DNA from: Octopus vulgaris
Taxonomy: Eukaryota
Reading direction: 5' to 3'
DNA: 64,000 bases
NCBI GenBank assembly: GCA_951406725.2
Contig: OX597821.1
Location: 3,286,001-3,350,000 of the forward strand
Shown here: in pieces, positions 1-12,582 of the stretch
Layout: the number at the start of each line of letters is the position of its first letter
Numbering within the stretch: position 1 is the first letter of the stretch
Translations under genes and position numbers: made by a program
The notes under the pieces: generated by a model
What the model saw: the letters and a program-made list of their open reading frames with translations, nothing else
Database searches by the model: none
Told to the model about the DNA's origin: nothing

Positions 1-34
<34 letters not shown>

Positions 35-36
<2 letters not shown>

Positions 37-670
37 ACAAAATATTAAGGAAAGACCCTTACAGGTCATTCGACTCGCTTGAAAAGAGCAGCCAAAACTC
101 AAACCGCAAAAATAGTAGTAATTCTGAAAGCTAAAGGTGAAATAAAAACATTTATCCCTTTCCAACTTGAATTTTTGCTACCCTATATTGATAAATTCAT
201 AATTTTTGACTAATTCTGAAATTGTATCAGCAGTTTATATTTGCTGCTGAGTAGTTGGTGCGGTTACGTTGGATTTCGAAAAATTAGGATATATACACTC
301 AGGGCTTCAGCGGTATCGCCTCGTGTGTATATGTTCGCCTTTTCTTTTGGGACTTTGCTGATGAAACAAACCAATCGTACACGGATTTAATTTAATTTAA
401 TTAAGTTCGATTGCGTAAAAATTGTTGAAACCTTGCAGGGTACAAAGTTGGAAAGGGATAAATGTTTTTATTTCACCTTTAGCTTTCAGAATTACTACTA
501 TTTTTGCGGTTTGAGTTTTGGCTGCTCTTTTCAAGTGAGTCGAATGACCTGTAAGGGTATTTCCTTAATATTTTGTTGAATATATTATATAGTCTGTGAC
601 TATTTCTATTTTCTCACTTGACCGCTGGTTGCAAAATTTTTCTTGAATTTTTGCTACCCTATATTGATAA

Positions 671-672
<2 letters not shown>
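35..672 (+). mobile_element. Non-autonomous hammerhead-bearing PLE/retrozyme-like element in a (TA)n tract
   Basis: 35-168 is a 134-bp inverted copy of 445-578 (2 mismatches seen). A 31-bp direct repeat CTTGAATTTTTGCTACCCTATATTGATAAAT lies at 166-196 and 642-672. An HHR is internal and (TA)n flanks both sides. Confidence 0.75.
351..449 (+). ncRNA. Type I hammerhead ribozyme (long stem II)
   Basis: Stem I ACTTTG/CAAAGT; core CTGATGA (358-364); stem II AACAA...TTGTT with nested CAATCG/CGATTG; GAAA (427-430); stem III CCT-TGCA-GGG; cleavage triplet GTA (440-442). Confidence 0.85.
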
Positions 673-715
<43 letters not shown>

Positions 716-733
716 CATACATACATTCACATA

Positions 734-898
734 TAGGTGTAAGCATGGCTGTGGTGTATGAGACTTCTTTCCCACCTCATGGTTCCGGGTTATGTTCAAC
801 TACGTGTTACCTTGGACAAATGTCTTCTACTATAACCTTGGGCCGGTCGAGGCCTTGTGAGTGGATTTGGGTGACGGAAACTGAAGGGAGCCCGTCGT
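734..898 (+). mobile_element. tRNA-derived CORE-type SINE, 5' part
   Basis: tRNA-like head followed by CCTTGGACAAATGTCTT (CORE-like). Homologous to copies at 7097, 29655 and 32551. Confidence 0.75.
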
Positions 899-1589
899 GT
901 ATTATATATATATATATATCATGAATCCAACACTCCAACCACTATACCACACGCCCTTACTGCCGATTTCTTTCAACATTTAAAAATAGAATCCAGCATG
1001 AACCAGTCGATATTGGTCGCATGATGCCAACATTAAATGTATAGCAAGTATTATGTTTTTGGTCTTTATGGGGACCGTTGTAAAATATATTTAAGGTATA
1101 AAATGAACAATACTGAATATGCTTTTCCAGTAATAACTTAAAGTGAGCTATGCAATCTAGATTCCTTGTATCTATCACAATGATATAACAGGGGTAGATT
1201 ATGTGAAACTCTTATGCCTGGAGGGGTACTTCGTTGCAGGTAGAAAAGACTAAGCATTTTTTCTAATAGAATATAAATACTATTTATACTCACTATCGAC
1301 AGATAAATTTTGTGTGAGCAATCCTATCGTCCAAATTGACCACACTTTATTCATCCAAGATTTGTTTCAGGTTTAATATATCTAGATCTATTGGGTTTTC
1401 AGATGAGTTCGTTCATTTTTCTCCAATGTTGTTTCATTTCGTACGAAACATATGTCTATCGTAGTGTTTTACGGTTTTCTGTTCTTTTGCTCTTTTTCCA
1501 CAACTTATGTGTATCGTTTAGAAGTTTTAATAAGCTTTTCCCCGTTTAATACATGCAGATGGAGTATGGAGTGCTCACTAGGAAAGCAT

Positions 1590-2158
1590 GAGCATTTTCA
1601 AAAACTGTTTATCCTTACGAACAAAAGCTGTCAAAGTCTACGAGAAGGCTTGATTACACATTGAAATGCACAAAAATAATTTTTACGATTCAAGGAGAGG
1701 ACAATTGACACAGTTTTTCTATGTTCTGGCGGCCTTATATCGTTAAAGGAAAATCGATTGAGCGATCTTATCCATGAGGATTCCACTAGGAAACTGGCTT
1801 GGTGATGTGATGCTTTAATCATACGCATATTCACTCATCTTCACTCAATGAACAATGCTGCTGAAAAGACCCAAATCGCAACATAGTGTGCTTAGGAAAC
1901 ACTTGCACCTACAATGCTATTAAAGATTTCTGTTGTGAAGTTCTCTCGCACTCATCGTATTTTTCGGCCGTTCTCCAACGTCAGCGAAGCGTTTCATTGA
2001 GCAACAAAACCCGAAATATTGACAAGCTAGTAGAACGTTTGCCACATATTCGTGAACAATGAATGGGAATATATTTTTCACTGATTTGATTAAATTTATG
2101 TGAACTAAAAACATCATTAAATTGAAAAACCTGAAAGTTACCTGACAAACTGGTGTAT
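1590..2158 (+). pseudogene. Possible highly decayed mariner transposase relic
   Basis: EVLSHSSYFSA at about 1937-1969 resembles the mariner EVLPHPPYSPD motif. Boundaries uncertain. Confidence 0.25.
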
Positions 2159-2281
2159 GATGCTAGCGAAATATTACTTTATTAAATGAGGTTCAGGTGC
2201 AAATATAGGTGGAAATAAACTTCACATTTAGTATTTGAAGTAAAGCTATACAGAAGGGTGACATACATCATATTCCATATG

Positions 2282-2849
2282 TAGTGTTTTGTCCGGAAAG
2301 TTCGTGCCGATTTATAGTAGCTTACCTTTCGACTTATTTTAGAACATGATTGAGTCCATAAAATAGGATTTGACTAGACTTCCATTTAGAGCACATTTTA
2401 AGCTATCTTTTCGTGGAAGAAGGTTTATATTCCTATAACGTGTGGGAATTTTGTAACCCTTTAAAATGGAAGATAAGAAAGTACATTTTCGGCAGTTTGC
2501 TTTGGGAACCAGACAAAAGTTGCTGCAGCTCGACTGGGATGTGTTACCCCACCCTCCATATTCAACAGATATTGCTCCTTCGGATTTCCTCTTATTCAGG
2601 TCCCTATAGAATAGTCTTAATGGTAAAAAATTCAATTCCTTGGATGACGTAAAAAGATACCTTGATGAATTCTTTGCCATGAAACCACCTCAATTCTGGG
2701 AAGAGGATATTTTGAAGTTAAAGGAAAGATGGAGACGCATTGTGCAACAAAATGGTTCATATTTGGTTGATTAAAAATGTAATGACAAGTATTTATTGAC
2801 CTTTTTCTTTCCTTTAAATATCAGCACTAACTTTCCAGACAACCCAATA
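2282..2849 (+). mobile_element. Internally deleted mariner DNA transposon
   Basis: About 30-bp imperfect TIRs (TTGTCCGGAAAGTTCGTGCCGAT / ATCAGCACTAACTTTCCAGACAA) with TA ends. Encodes WDVLPHPPYSTDIAPSDFLLFRSL*...ERWRRIVQQNGSYLVD*, the mariner C-terminus. Confidence 0.85.
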
Positions 2850-2900
2850 ATTTGCTTTATATGTAAAAAGCAAGTCCGATTGTTAAGGTGGTATTTCATT

Positions 2901-3138
2901 GGCGGCGAGCTAGCAGAAACGTTAGCACGCCGGGCGAAAGCTTAGCCGTATTTTGTCTGTCGTTACGTTGTGAGTTCAAATTCCGCCGAGGTCGACTTTG
3001 CCTTTCATCCTTTCGGGGTCGATTAAATAAGTACCAGTTACGCACTGGAGTCGATGTAATCGACTTAATACCTATGTCTGTCCTTGTTTGTCTCCTCTAT
3101 GTTTAGCCCCTTGTGGTTAATAAAGAAATAGGTATTTC
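2901..3138 (+). mobile_element. tRNA-derived SINE with Nin/Deu-like central domain
   Basis: GGCGGCGAGCT head, B-box-like GAGTTCAAATTCC, core GGTCGACTTTGCCTTTCATCCTTTCGGGGTCGAT...AAGTACCAG. Many copies in this window. Confidence 0.8.
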
Positions 3139-3693
3139 ATGTCGGCTAAGTTTAGACAGTGTAATTAATAATGATCTCATGATATCTAAACTGGTGTATA
3201 AACATCAGTAAATTCATCTAAAAAAATTTAAATCATCATTTCTCTGTGCAGGAAACGATCTTAAGCGAACTCATGATATTACGATTGAGGTATTTCATAC
3301 AAATCTGAACAACAAGTACTTTGTTGATTTAAATAATGACGTTGTGTGATTCCTATCTAAACTATTAAGAAATTTCTGCAAGTAGAAAGCAATTTCATTT
3401 CACTTAACAAATATAAAAATACTTATAATACAACAAGGATTTGGTGAAGGTCTTCGTATTACCAACGTCACAGATAACATTTCTTATAATAGCAGGCATT
3501 TTTAATGGCCAAATAGAAAATAAAAAAAGAATACTTCCAGAAACCAAAATAACGACTTGGTTAGATATAAAATTTCCATTGAGATTGACTATCAACAATC
3601 GATTCAATAATATTTTCTATATGGAGATTCAAACAGAATTTCAGACACCCCCCACACACCATGCACACAAACAACACAAGCACATGCGCATGG

Positions 3694-3799
<106 letters not shown>

Positions 3800-3941
3800 G
3801 CTTACATGCATAAGTATATAACAGCATGTTCATACGTTCCTGCGCATATGCAGCATATTGTATAGAAATATATATATATATATTCGTATGTATATATATG
3901 CCTCCATATAAGTACGTATCTCTCTCTCTCTCTCTCTCTCT

Positions 3942-3978
<37 letters not shown>

Positions 3979-4721
3979 GTAATTCATATTCACACATAAT
4001 ATCCAGAAATTGTATGCCAGTGTGAAAAAGATGTTTACATGATAATGGAGTCATGTTTATGCTATACCGGGACGTAACCCATATCTGCATGCATGCCTTA
4101 TTATTTAGGCTTCACGTTTAACTGTGATATTTTCAATTTCCCTCCTAATATCAACAATAGAAATTGGAAGAAAAATTGAGATGCATTCATGTGTAAACCT
4201 CTCAGAAAGCAATATATTATGCTAGTCTGTGAGTCCATCGTAAACATCAAAGTGAAATATACAATGGATCATCCCGAATATTACACCTGAATAAAAATTT
4301 CAAGGATAAGGCTTATATATTGGAATATAAAATTAGTTTCTCGGAATATTAAGTGAAAAATTCCAACATAATATTGAAAACATGAAAAAATTTTATGTAT
4401 ACTATAAACAAACGTATCTGTAAAAGTGCGCATGAATGTGTGTGTGTGAATTTGTGAATACATCGTAGGTATATACATATATATGAATATAAATGTATGT
4501 ATCTATTTATACATATTTTTGAATACATGTATGCATTTAAATATGTATCTGCATATATGTGCATATATGCATGTGTACATATGTATGTATATAAGTACGT
4601 ATATGTGTGTATGCATATTAAAGCAAGTAAATATGTAAATATCTTTGAAATATAAATATATACCCATATATATGCTTATACAACTATATATTTTTATCCA
4701 TAAACAATATATTCATGAAAC

Positions 4722-4775
<54 letters not shown>

Positions 4776-5187
4776 GTGTGTGTGCGTTTGTGTGCGTGTA
4801 TGTTTTTATATATATATGTATGTATATACATATGTATATGTGTATATATGTATACATATATATACATGCATATATGGAAACATATATATATATGTGTGTG
4901 TGTGTGTATGTGCGTATCTATGCATATATCTATACTGAGAGGGATATATTTGCATATATAAATACTCAGAAACACTTCTCCCCTGCCCGCTGAAAATGTT
5001 CCGAAATAATCCTTAGATCATTACTTAATTCTTTTGTGGGCAAGGGTAGTGTTTTTTCCTCATCTCATAATCACCGCAAATGCAAGTGAAAAATTGATGT
5101 GCATTTGACTAAAAGATTCTTTTGAATGATTCATAATTTATAGCTCTTTAGAGAAGCAGTTGAATGAATCACACTTTATATTTTCAG

Positions 5188-5281
5188 AATTACTCCCTTC
5201 ATTTTATTCATTGGGTTTGGTATCACTGACGGCTACTAAATAATACCTAACTGAATTCAGAGTTATAAGTACAGATTTATG
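5188..5281 (+). other. Candidate non-coding (5' UTR) exon ending in ATG
   Basis: TTTTCAG acceptor at 5181-5187 and ATG|GTAAGT donor at 5279-5287. Stops in all three frames. No other support. Confidence 0.15.
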
Positions 5282-7096
5282 GTAAGTATTGACACTTTAT
5301 TTTATGTTACTGGTACCAAAATATAAGGGACACTGAGACAAAACAATCAACGAATCAAGATCGCAATATTCTAACGTCTTTTCAAGCACTATTTCTAAAT
5401 CTTCTTTTAACTCTATTTTAAATCTTATACGAGTATTATTTATGTATAATAAGTTCAACTCCAACAGAAACAACATATATTTTCTTGGAAACATCTCCTG
5501 AGAAATTTATTACATCTTGTCATATAAACATTTCGTAGTCCTAGGTGTAACGGCAAATACATTTCTCCACAGAGGAAATCGTGAGGCTGAGGTACAAAAA
5601 GAGCAATGACACCTTATGCGTTTCGTTAGTACTGATGGTTATATTTATTTCACTTATTCAGTATGAAGTGGTGAATAAATGTTTTAGCTAGACATAGGAC
5701 GACTCTAGTGTTATGCGTTCAGAAGGAAAGTAGTAGGGGAACAAATATCACCTTACGGTTAAATGGTAGTAAATATAGCGTGAGCAAATACAGGCAGTGA
5801 GGACCGTTCCTACAGGTAGAAATCTGTAATTTGATTAAGTTGTGTAGAGAGAAAGTTCGAAGTCTCAGGGAGTATGCTGCACTGCTTCAAGGGCAGGGGT
5901 TCAAAAAGAAATCTATCGTAGTGTCTCCAGTTTAATTGGTAGCATCCAAGAGCACCTAGGAAACGTTACCCTTCGGTATTTCTTTCTATCCTTTTCATGT
6001 TGATTACAAAGTTCGTCTTAAATAACTTCTACTCAAAATCTGTATCGGTAAGGTATATTTCACGTTGTATTTTATTGTCAATATAATCAGGTAAATAATA
6101 CTCTATATTGTAATCTTTTGCTTAAGTTTACAGTTTAATATTGTATTGCCTGTATAGCCGCCATTCGCATGGAAGTACAATTTGGTAACAGGGACCATGC
6201 TTTCGCTAAATAGATGAGGGAACTAAAATGTTTTAGGCAGATATAGACCAAGTTTCAACGAATACATTCTTGCCCAAGCGGATAACCAAGCATGGCAGCT
6301 GGATTGAGAAACTTTTAATAAAGCACTGACCAGGTCCTCATTTAATCTGAGTAGGCAAAGGTAACGTGCAATACATTACTAAAGAAGAATCAAACCAACA
6401 GCCTTAAGATCTTGACCGCAACATCGCTAAACGGTAAGCCACGGTCAATATTTCATATACGATTCAACGGTAATTTATTTGTTTGACCTGTGAAAGTATT
6501 CACCGCGTAGAATTTATTTAACTTTAATACGTGGACATTCAGTTTACACAGCAAATATCTTGGACACACCATAACTGTTATATAATAGCATGTTTTGTTG
6601 TTGTTCCTATAAAAGTTACGAACGAATGTTATTGCACACAGAAACGTTTACATAAGACCTGTTTTAATCATAGGACTATACTGCTTTGATCTGCCATTAC
6701 AAGGGAATATTAGAATTGCTGATAGTTTATCCGCGTTAGTGCATAAATGAGAAACATTTGAACAATTCCCATTCGCTCTAATTACATGCTTCTGTCATAA
6801 TGCCAATAATAACTAAACCTAATAGATACTAATGATAGATATTATTGGACTAGAAGACTGGAAGTTACTAATGTTGACTATATATTACTGGCGGCTTCAC
6901 GTTTGAAACAAAATTTTGCACAATAAAAACCACTATTTATTGTTGTCATTTGATATTATTTACGTTTAGGCCAATTCTCGAGGCACAGACTTATGTTTAA
7001 AGGCACTCCGCTCGTGACCTTCGCGATTTAATTTGGCTTACCTATGTTGTCTTATGTAGCCTCTTTAATGTAAAATAGTTTATATATTTTCATAGA

Positions 7097-7149
7097 AAAG
7101 CCTTGTGAGTGGATTTGGTAGATGGAAACTGAAAGAATCCCGTCGTATA

Positions 7150-7194
<45 letters not shown>

Positions 7195-7397
7195 GTGTGT
7201 GTATATATTTGTGTGCCTGTGTTTGTTCCCCCAACAGCGCTTGACAACCGATGTTTAGCGGTTCGGCAAAAGAGATCGATAGAACAAGTACTAAACTTAC
7301 AAAGAATAATTCCTGGGGTTTATTTGCTCGACTAAAGGCGGTGCTCCAGCATGGCCACAGTCAAGTGACTGAAACAAGTAAAAGAGTAAAAGAGAGA
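7097..7397 (+). mobile_element. CORE-type SINE, 3' portion with internal (TA)n
   Basis: Matches the reverse complement of 32551-32969, including the tail GGCGGTGCTCCAGCATGGCC...GACTGAAACAAGTAAAAGAGTAAAAG. Confidence 0.8.
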
Positions 7398-7561
7398 ATA
7401 ATAATGTAACTGTTATTTCTATGTAATAAAATTATTTTTGTTATAATTAACGGATTATCTGTGAAGCATATTTTATCAGTGAAACTGCTTATGTTTGAAG
7501 CTAAAGCATAAAAGTTCAACTATCGAGCGAATACAAAATTACAATATGTGTTTGCAATGTT

Positions 7562-7732
7562 CTTTCTTACTCCTAGCACAAGGCCCGAAATTTTGGGGGA
7601 GGGTGCCAGTCGATTAGATCGAACAAAGTACAGAATTTATACTTAATTTATAGACCCCGAAAGGGTGAAAATTAAAGTCGACCTCGGCTGAATTTGAACT
7701 CAGAACATAAAGACAGACGAAATACCTATTTC
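7562..7732 (-). mobile_element. Nin-domain SINE, terminal unit
   Basis: Reverse-complement homology to 2901-3138 (AAAGTCGACCTCGGCTGAATTTGAACTCAGAAC). Confidence 0.75.
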
Positions 7733-8569
7733 TAGCCAGTGATGAAATCACAATACTTGGGCAAAGTTGGTCTACCCGTTTGTCAAATATATCGACAATG
7801 CTACAAAATGTATTATTAATTTCACAGACAGGACATGTGTTTATGTTACTAATGTTATTCAGTTAAAAATTGTAGCTTTAATAGGTAAATTTTCTTCCAA
7901 GAAATAGCAAACACTTTTATTGCCAATTTAAAAGTAAAGGCAAACTTGGAGAAGGAAGTGAATGAAGAAATGGGGGAAGACATTCAAAGAATTGTTATGT
8001 CTGGAACGTATGGATTCACACGACAACTTGATCACATCGTAAAAAAAACTATATATACGTGCAAACTGTATCAGGGGCTATCATTAAAATAAATATAAGT
8101 GTGTGAGTGTACACATATATATATATATATATATGTTATGGCTGCCCCCTCGTTATCGAGTATGGCGATTACACGAAGCTTAACTGTTACTGGTGCTGTG
8201 ATCGAATGTGACTTTTTAGCCCAGCTAAAGATCTACAATGTCTCGTACAAATATATATATACGTATGTATATATATTGTTATTTATTATTCTATTCTAAT
8301 GTTACCTCCTATTTATTTCTGTATGTGATTGATTCTTTCACAGCATTAACTGTTCAAATGTTACTATATCTTTTGTTGAAATTATTACAACGTTTATTAT
8401 AATGACTCACGCCAGTGACATCCTAAGTATACGGATGTGAGTGTCGGTGTGCCTGTGTATGGTGCTATAAATATATGCATTCACACATACATACACACCT
8501 ATATGTATATATAATTTGATATATATTTATATACACAAACAAACGCACACACATATATATACATATATG

Positions 8570-8676
<107 letters not shown>

Positions 8677-8698
8677 ATATATACATATACATACATGT

Positions 8699-8758
<60 letters not shown>

Positions 8759-10471
8759 GAACGCATGTATTTATTAGTCTATGTGTGTTGATTATCTATG
8801 TTTGTCCTTCAGAAAATAATTGTATTCTTCGATATTATTATGCATTATGTCTCCAAATTAAATGTATTATGTTTTGTGTACTTCATTTGTGAATACCCGA
8901 GGGAAATTCCTAGATGTTTTCATCTAACTACATTTAATATCTTCTAAAGTTTAATAACTTATGAACCAATCAATATATTCTGCGATAAAGAATGTCCATT
9001 TCTTTGAATATATATAAACAAGAAATCTTCTAACATTACCATGGGAAATTAAATAACAATGGGTTTAATTAAACGCGAAATAATAATTTCTTTAGTTAGG
9101 TACAGTGAAATTTAGTTGTTGAAACATAATGCCCGAATAAGATTACATAAACTCCAGTATAAACTAGAGTTGGATTTACTGGCTATAAATTATTCAATAC
9201 AACTCATATTACAACTACTACTTCTATTTGTTTCGTAGTCTAATGCGTAACGATAGTGCATGTCGAGTGCAGCAGTATGTTCTTTGCTCTCAATGTATAC
9301 TAAATGTCGGTGCTTGTTTTATTTCTCAGCTACTGGTTTGTATTATAAAATTGTTTTCGCGTTAATGGTTATTACAAAAATTGTAAATCGTAGTATAATA
9401 ACAAAGTTAATGGTCTAGATAATGTGACTAGCACATCTAAAAGCTATAGAGTGTGAATTAGGTATAGTAGCATTATCAGATAGACACTGCATCTCTCTCT
9501 GTCTCTCTCTCACTCGCTCTTTATTCTTATCAGGGTTCCTTCTCTTGCAACGCTCTGTTCCTCTTCATCTACAAGCCTCTCTCTATTTTTTATTCCACAT
9601 TAAAACGTTAATACTGTAGGGGAAATTACGTTTCCTTATCTTACATTAATGATATTTATACACGGTTAATTACTTATTGTTCACTTTATATTTTCTTGGA
9701 GGCTGAGAATATATTAAAAGATATTGTGTTCATAAGATTCATAAGGATATACGCAGCATGAAGGAACTGTATTTCCTTTGTCTGAAAATTCAATAGGCCC
9801 ACTCATGTTACTCGCTGTTTGCGTTGCTTTATTTAAGCCTTATAGTTATTGTTTAAAACGTAATTATGTTTTTAAAATATCATCGTCGCACTTATATGTC
9901 TAACCAAGACCAAGCAGTAAGTTACTCTACCTATCCGTCCGTTTCTGGAACTATATATACATTGTTTTTTTGTCGTTGTTGCTCTAAACTCCAAAGGGTA
10001 TAGTTACTAGGTGCAAAACGAATGAGCTAAGTCTACCATCTGATAGTAAAAGCAATTTGTGTACTACAGAGGAATGTAAATATGCAAGAACATATATGTT
10101 CGATACACATTTAAATAGATAATTTTTCAGGAATATTGATATGTATAATAAATACAGTATATATAAAAGTAAAATTTCATATCAGCTAATCTTTCCGCAT
10201 ATAATATCCATTTTAAAGGTGAATGTTATTGATTTAAAAAAAAATGTCCTTATGAAGTCCAGATAACTACTTTGTCACCGGCTCTAAGCATTTTGGTAGT
10301 CTTTCATAGATTTGTTGCTGTTATACACAGCCTGCGCACACGTAGATACATACACATGTATATGTGTATGCGTATATGTGTATATGCGTATGTGTATATA
10401 TGTGTATATGTGTATGTGTGTGTGTTTGTGTGGTTATGTATGTATATTGTGTGAGCATGTGCGTGTATGTC

Positions 10472-10760
10472 AAGGCGCATAGATTAGTAGTTAGAACATG
10501 TGACACACGATTTTGCGATAGTCAGTTCGATTCTTGGCAGCGGGCTGTACCTTTGAGCAAGACACTTTCTTTCATCTTATTCCGGTCCACTCAGCTGGTA
10601 AAAATCAGTTGTACCAACAATTCAAAGGGCAAATTCTTGTTACATTTTGTTTCATGGTAAATCTCCCTCAGAACTAAATGTAGTTACGTGCATCTGAGGA
10701 ATGCTCCGTCACTTGATCACTAATTCATGAGCAGGTTGTGTGTTGATGAGAATTTTATAC
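10472..10760 (+). mobile_element. Degenerate tRNA-derived SINE
   Basis: B-box-like GTTCGATTC and CORE-like CTTTGAGCAAGACACTT. 3' part similar to the tail of 37609-37993. Confidence 0.5.
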
Positions 10761-11778
10761 TCACCACCATATCAGCTCACCTGTATAACACGTATAGACA
10801 TTGTTTACTCCTCAGACTAAGTTAAGTACCCGATAAAAATCTCGGAGTGTAAATTCAAATAATTTGGGACACTACTTCGTTTTCTATATTGGGCATCACT
10901 GAATCTCACCAGCTGACTATATATGCTCGTGTATGTGTATGTGTGTGTGATAGAGTTTGGAATGAGAGATCTCGATGCAAATACAACTATAAAAAACGGC
11001 GTCTAAATATTTGATTTTTAAAAATATGTCGGAGCTGCCTGCAAGGCCCGAACATGCATGGTTTGTAAACATGACATATGTTCTACCATTAGACCAAAGC
11101 AATCCTTCACATTACTTTTAACATCTTTCTAAAAGACTAGTTGTTTTACATCCTCTTCAAGTTTATATGATCTTATGACGTCAACAACATACAACTTTCG
11201 CTGGTAGCACTATATTGATAGATATATTGGAAACATTGATCCAACTGCGGTTCGCGAGTCATTTTTAAAATGTTGTGGGTTCGAAACCAAGGGCTTGCCT
11301 TCAACTTTTTCCTCCAAGCATATTTTTTACCAAATATTTGCAGGTTGTTATTTATAAGTTTATCGGCTTCCAGATATATCCTCAACAAAACGTTTTACTT
11401 AGAATACTCACAATGTCTAAACTCCTAGATATCAACAATATGTATGTATGTATGCACACACACATATATATATATGTATATATGTATATATTTACATATA
11501 TATATGACTGTGATCCTCGTGACTGACCAGGCTATTAGATGTTGCTACACATCACTGATCACAATGCGCTTCACATCCTTCAAAACTTCCATGCTTCCTG
11601 AGATTCGCCAACACTACACCTGATTTTTGTCCCCTCCATACACACACAATCATGTATCTGATTCATAAATTGTTCGCTTTCCAGAGATTTGAACATTACT
11701 GAATATATTTTATACGCACTTTCTGACAAGTTGTGGTGCACCTGAGCAATGTATACAATAATTTCATTATTATATATT

Positions 11779-11810
<32 letters not shown>

Positions 11811-11817
11811 TATGCAT

Positions 11818-12102
11818 GGAGGCACAATGGCCCAGTGGTTAGGGCAGCGGACACGCGGTTGTAGGATCACGGTTGCGATTCCCAGACCGGGCGTTGTGAG
11901 AGTTTATTGAGCGAAAACACCTAAAGCTCCACGAGACTCCGGCAGGGGATGGTGGTGACCTCTGCTGTACTCTTTTGCCACAACTTTCTCTCAATCCTTC
12001 TTCTGTTGGCCTGCTCGCTTAGCCAGCGTGGTGGAGTCATTTAAAGGCTAAAACAATGTGTTGCAACATTTGATAGCCTGATCAGTCACGGGGATCACGG
12101 TC
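11818..12102 (+). mobile_element. tRNA-derived SINE (GGAGGCGCAATGGCCCAGTGG head)
   Basis: A-box TGGCCCAGTGG and B-box-like GGTTGCGATTCCC. Same head as 37609, 41313 and 52498; same tail as 52498. Confidence 0.8.
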
Positions 12103-12143
12103 ATATATATATGTAAATATATACATATATACATATATATACA

Positions 12144-12198
<55 letters not shown>

Positions 12199-12238
12199 AG
12201 TCAAATTGCGATAAAATAAAATTAATTATTATCGCTGG

Positions 12239-12311
<73 letters not shown>

Positions 12312-12549
12312 ATATATGTATGTATGTATGTATGTGTGTATGTATATGTGCATGTGTATATATATATATATATGCAGATAATGAGACAAATAAACAATTT
12401 ACCTCAGTATTTCCCCTTATAGGAACTCTTTACTTTGTGGACTTAGTCCTCGATAAAGATTTTCGTGTGGAACTTCAGATCATTGAGGGACTACTACGTG
12501 TTTTCTATATTGGGCATCTCCGGATTTCACCTACTTGTTGTATATGTTC

Positions 12550-12582
<33 letters not shown>

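Noticed and set aside
9200-9305. Minus-strand LDYET peptide suggesting a cadherin exon
   Set aside because: No other cadherin motifs. A similar nucleotide stretch at about 5530 has a stop in that frame, which points to an old repeat.
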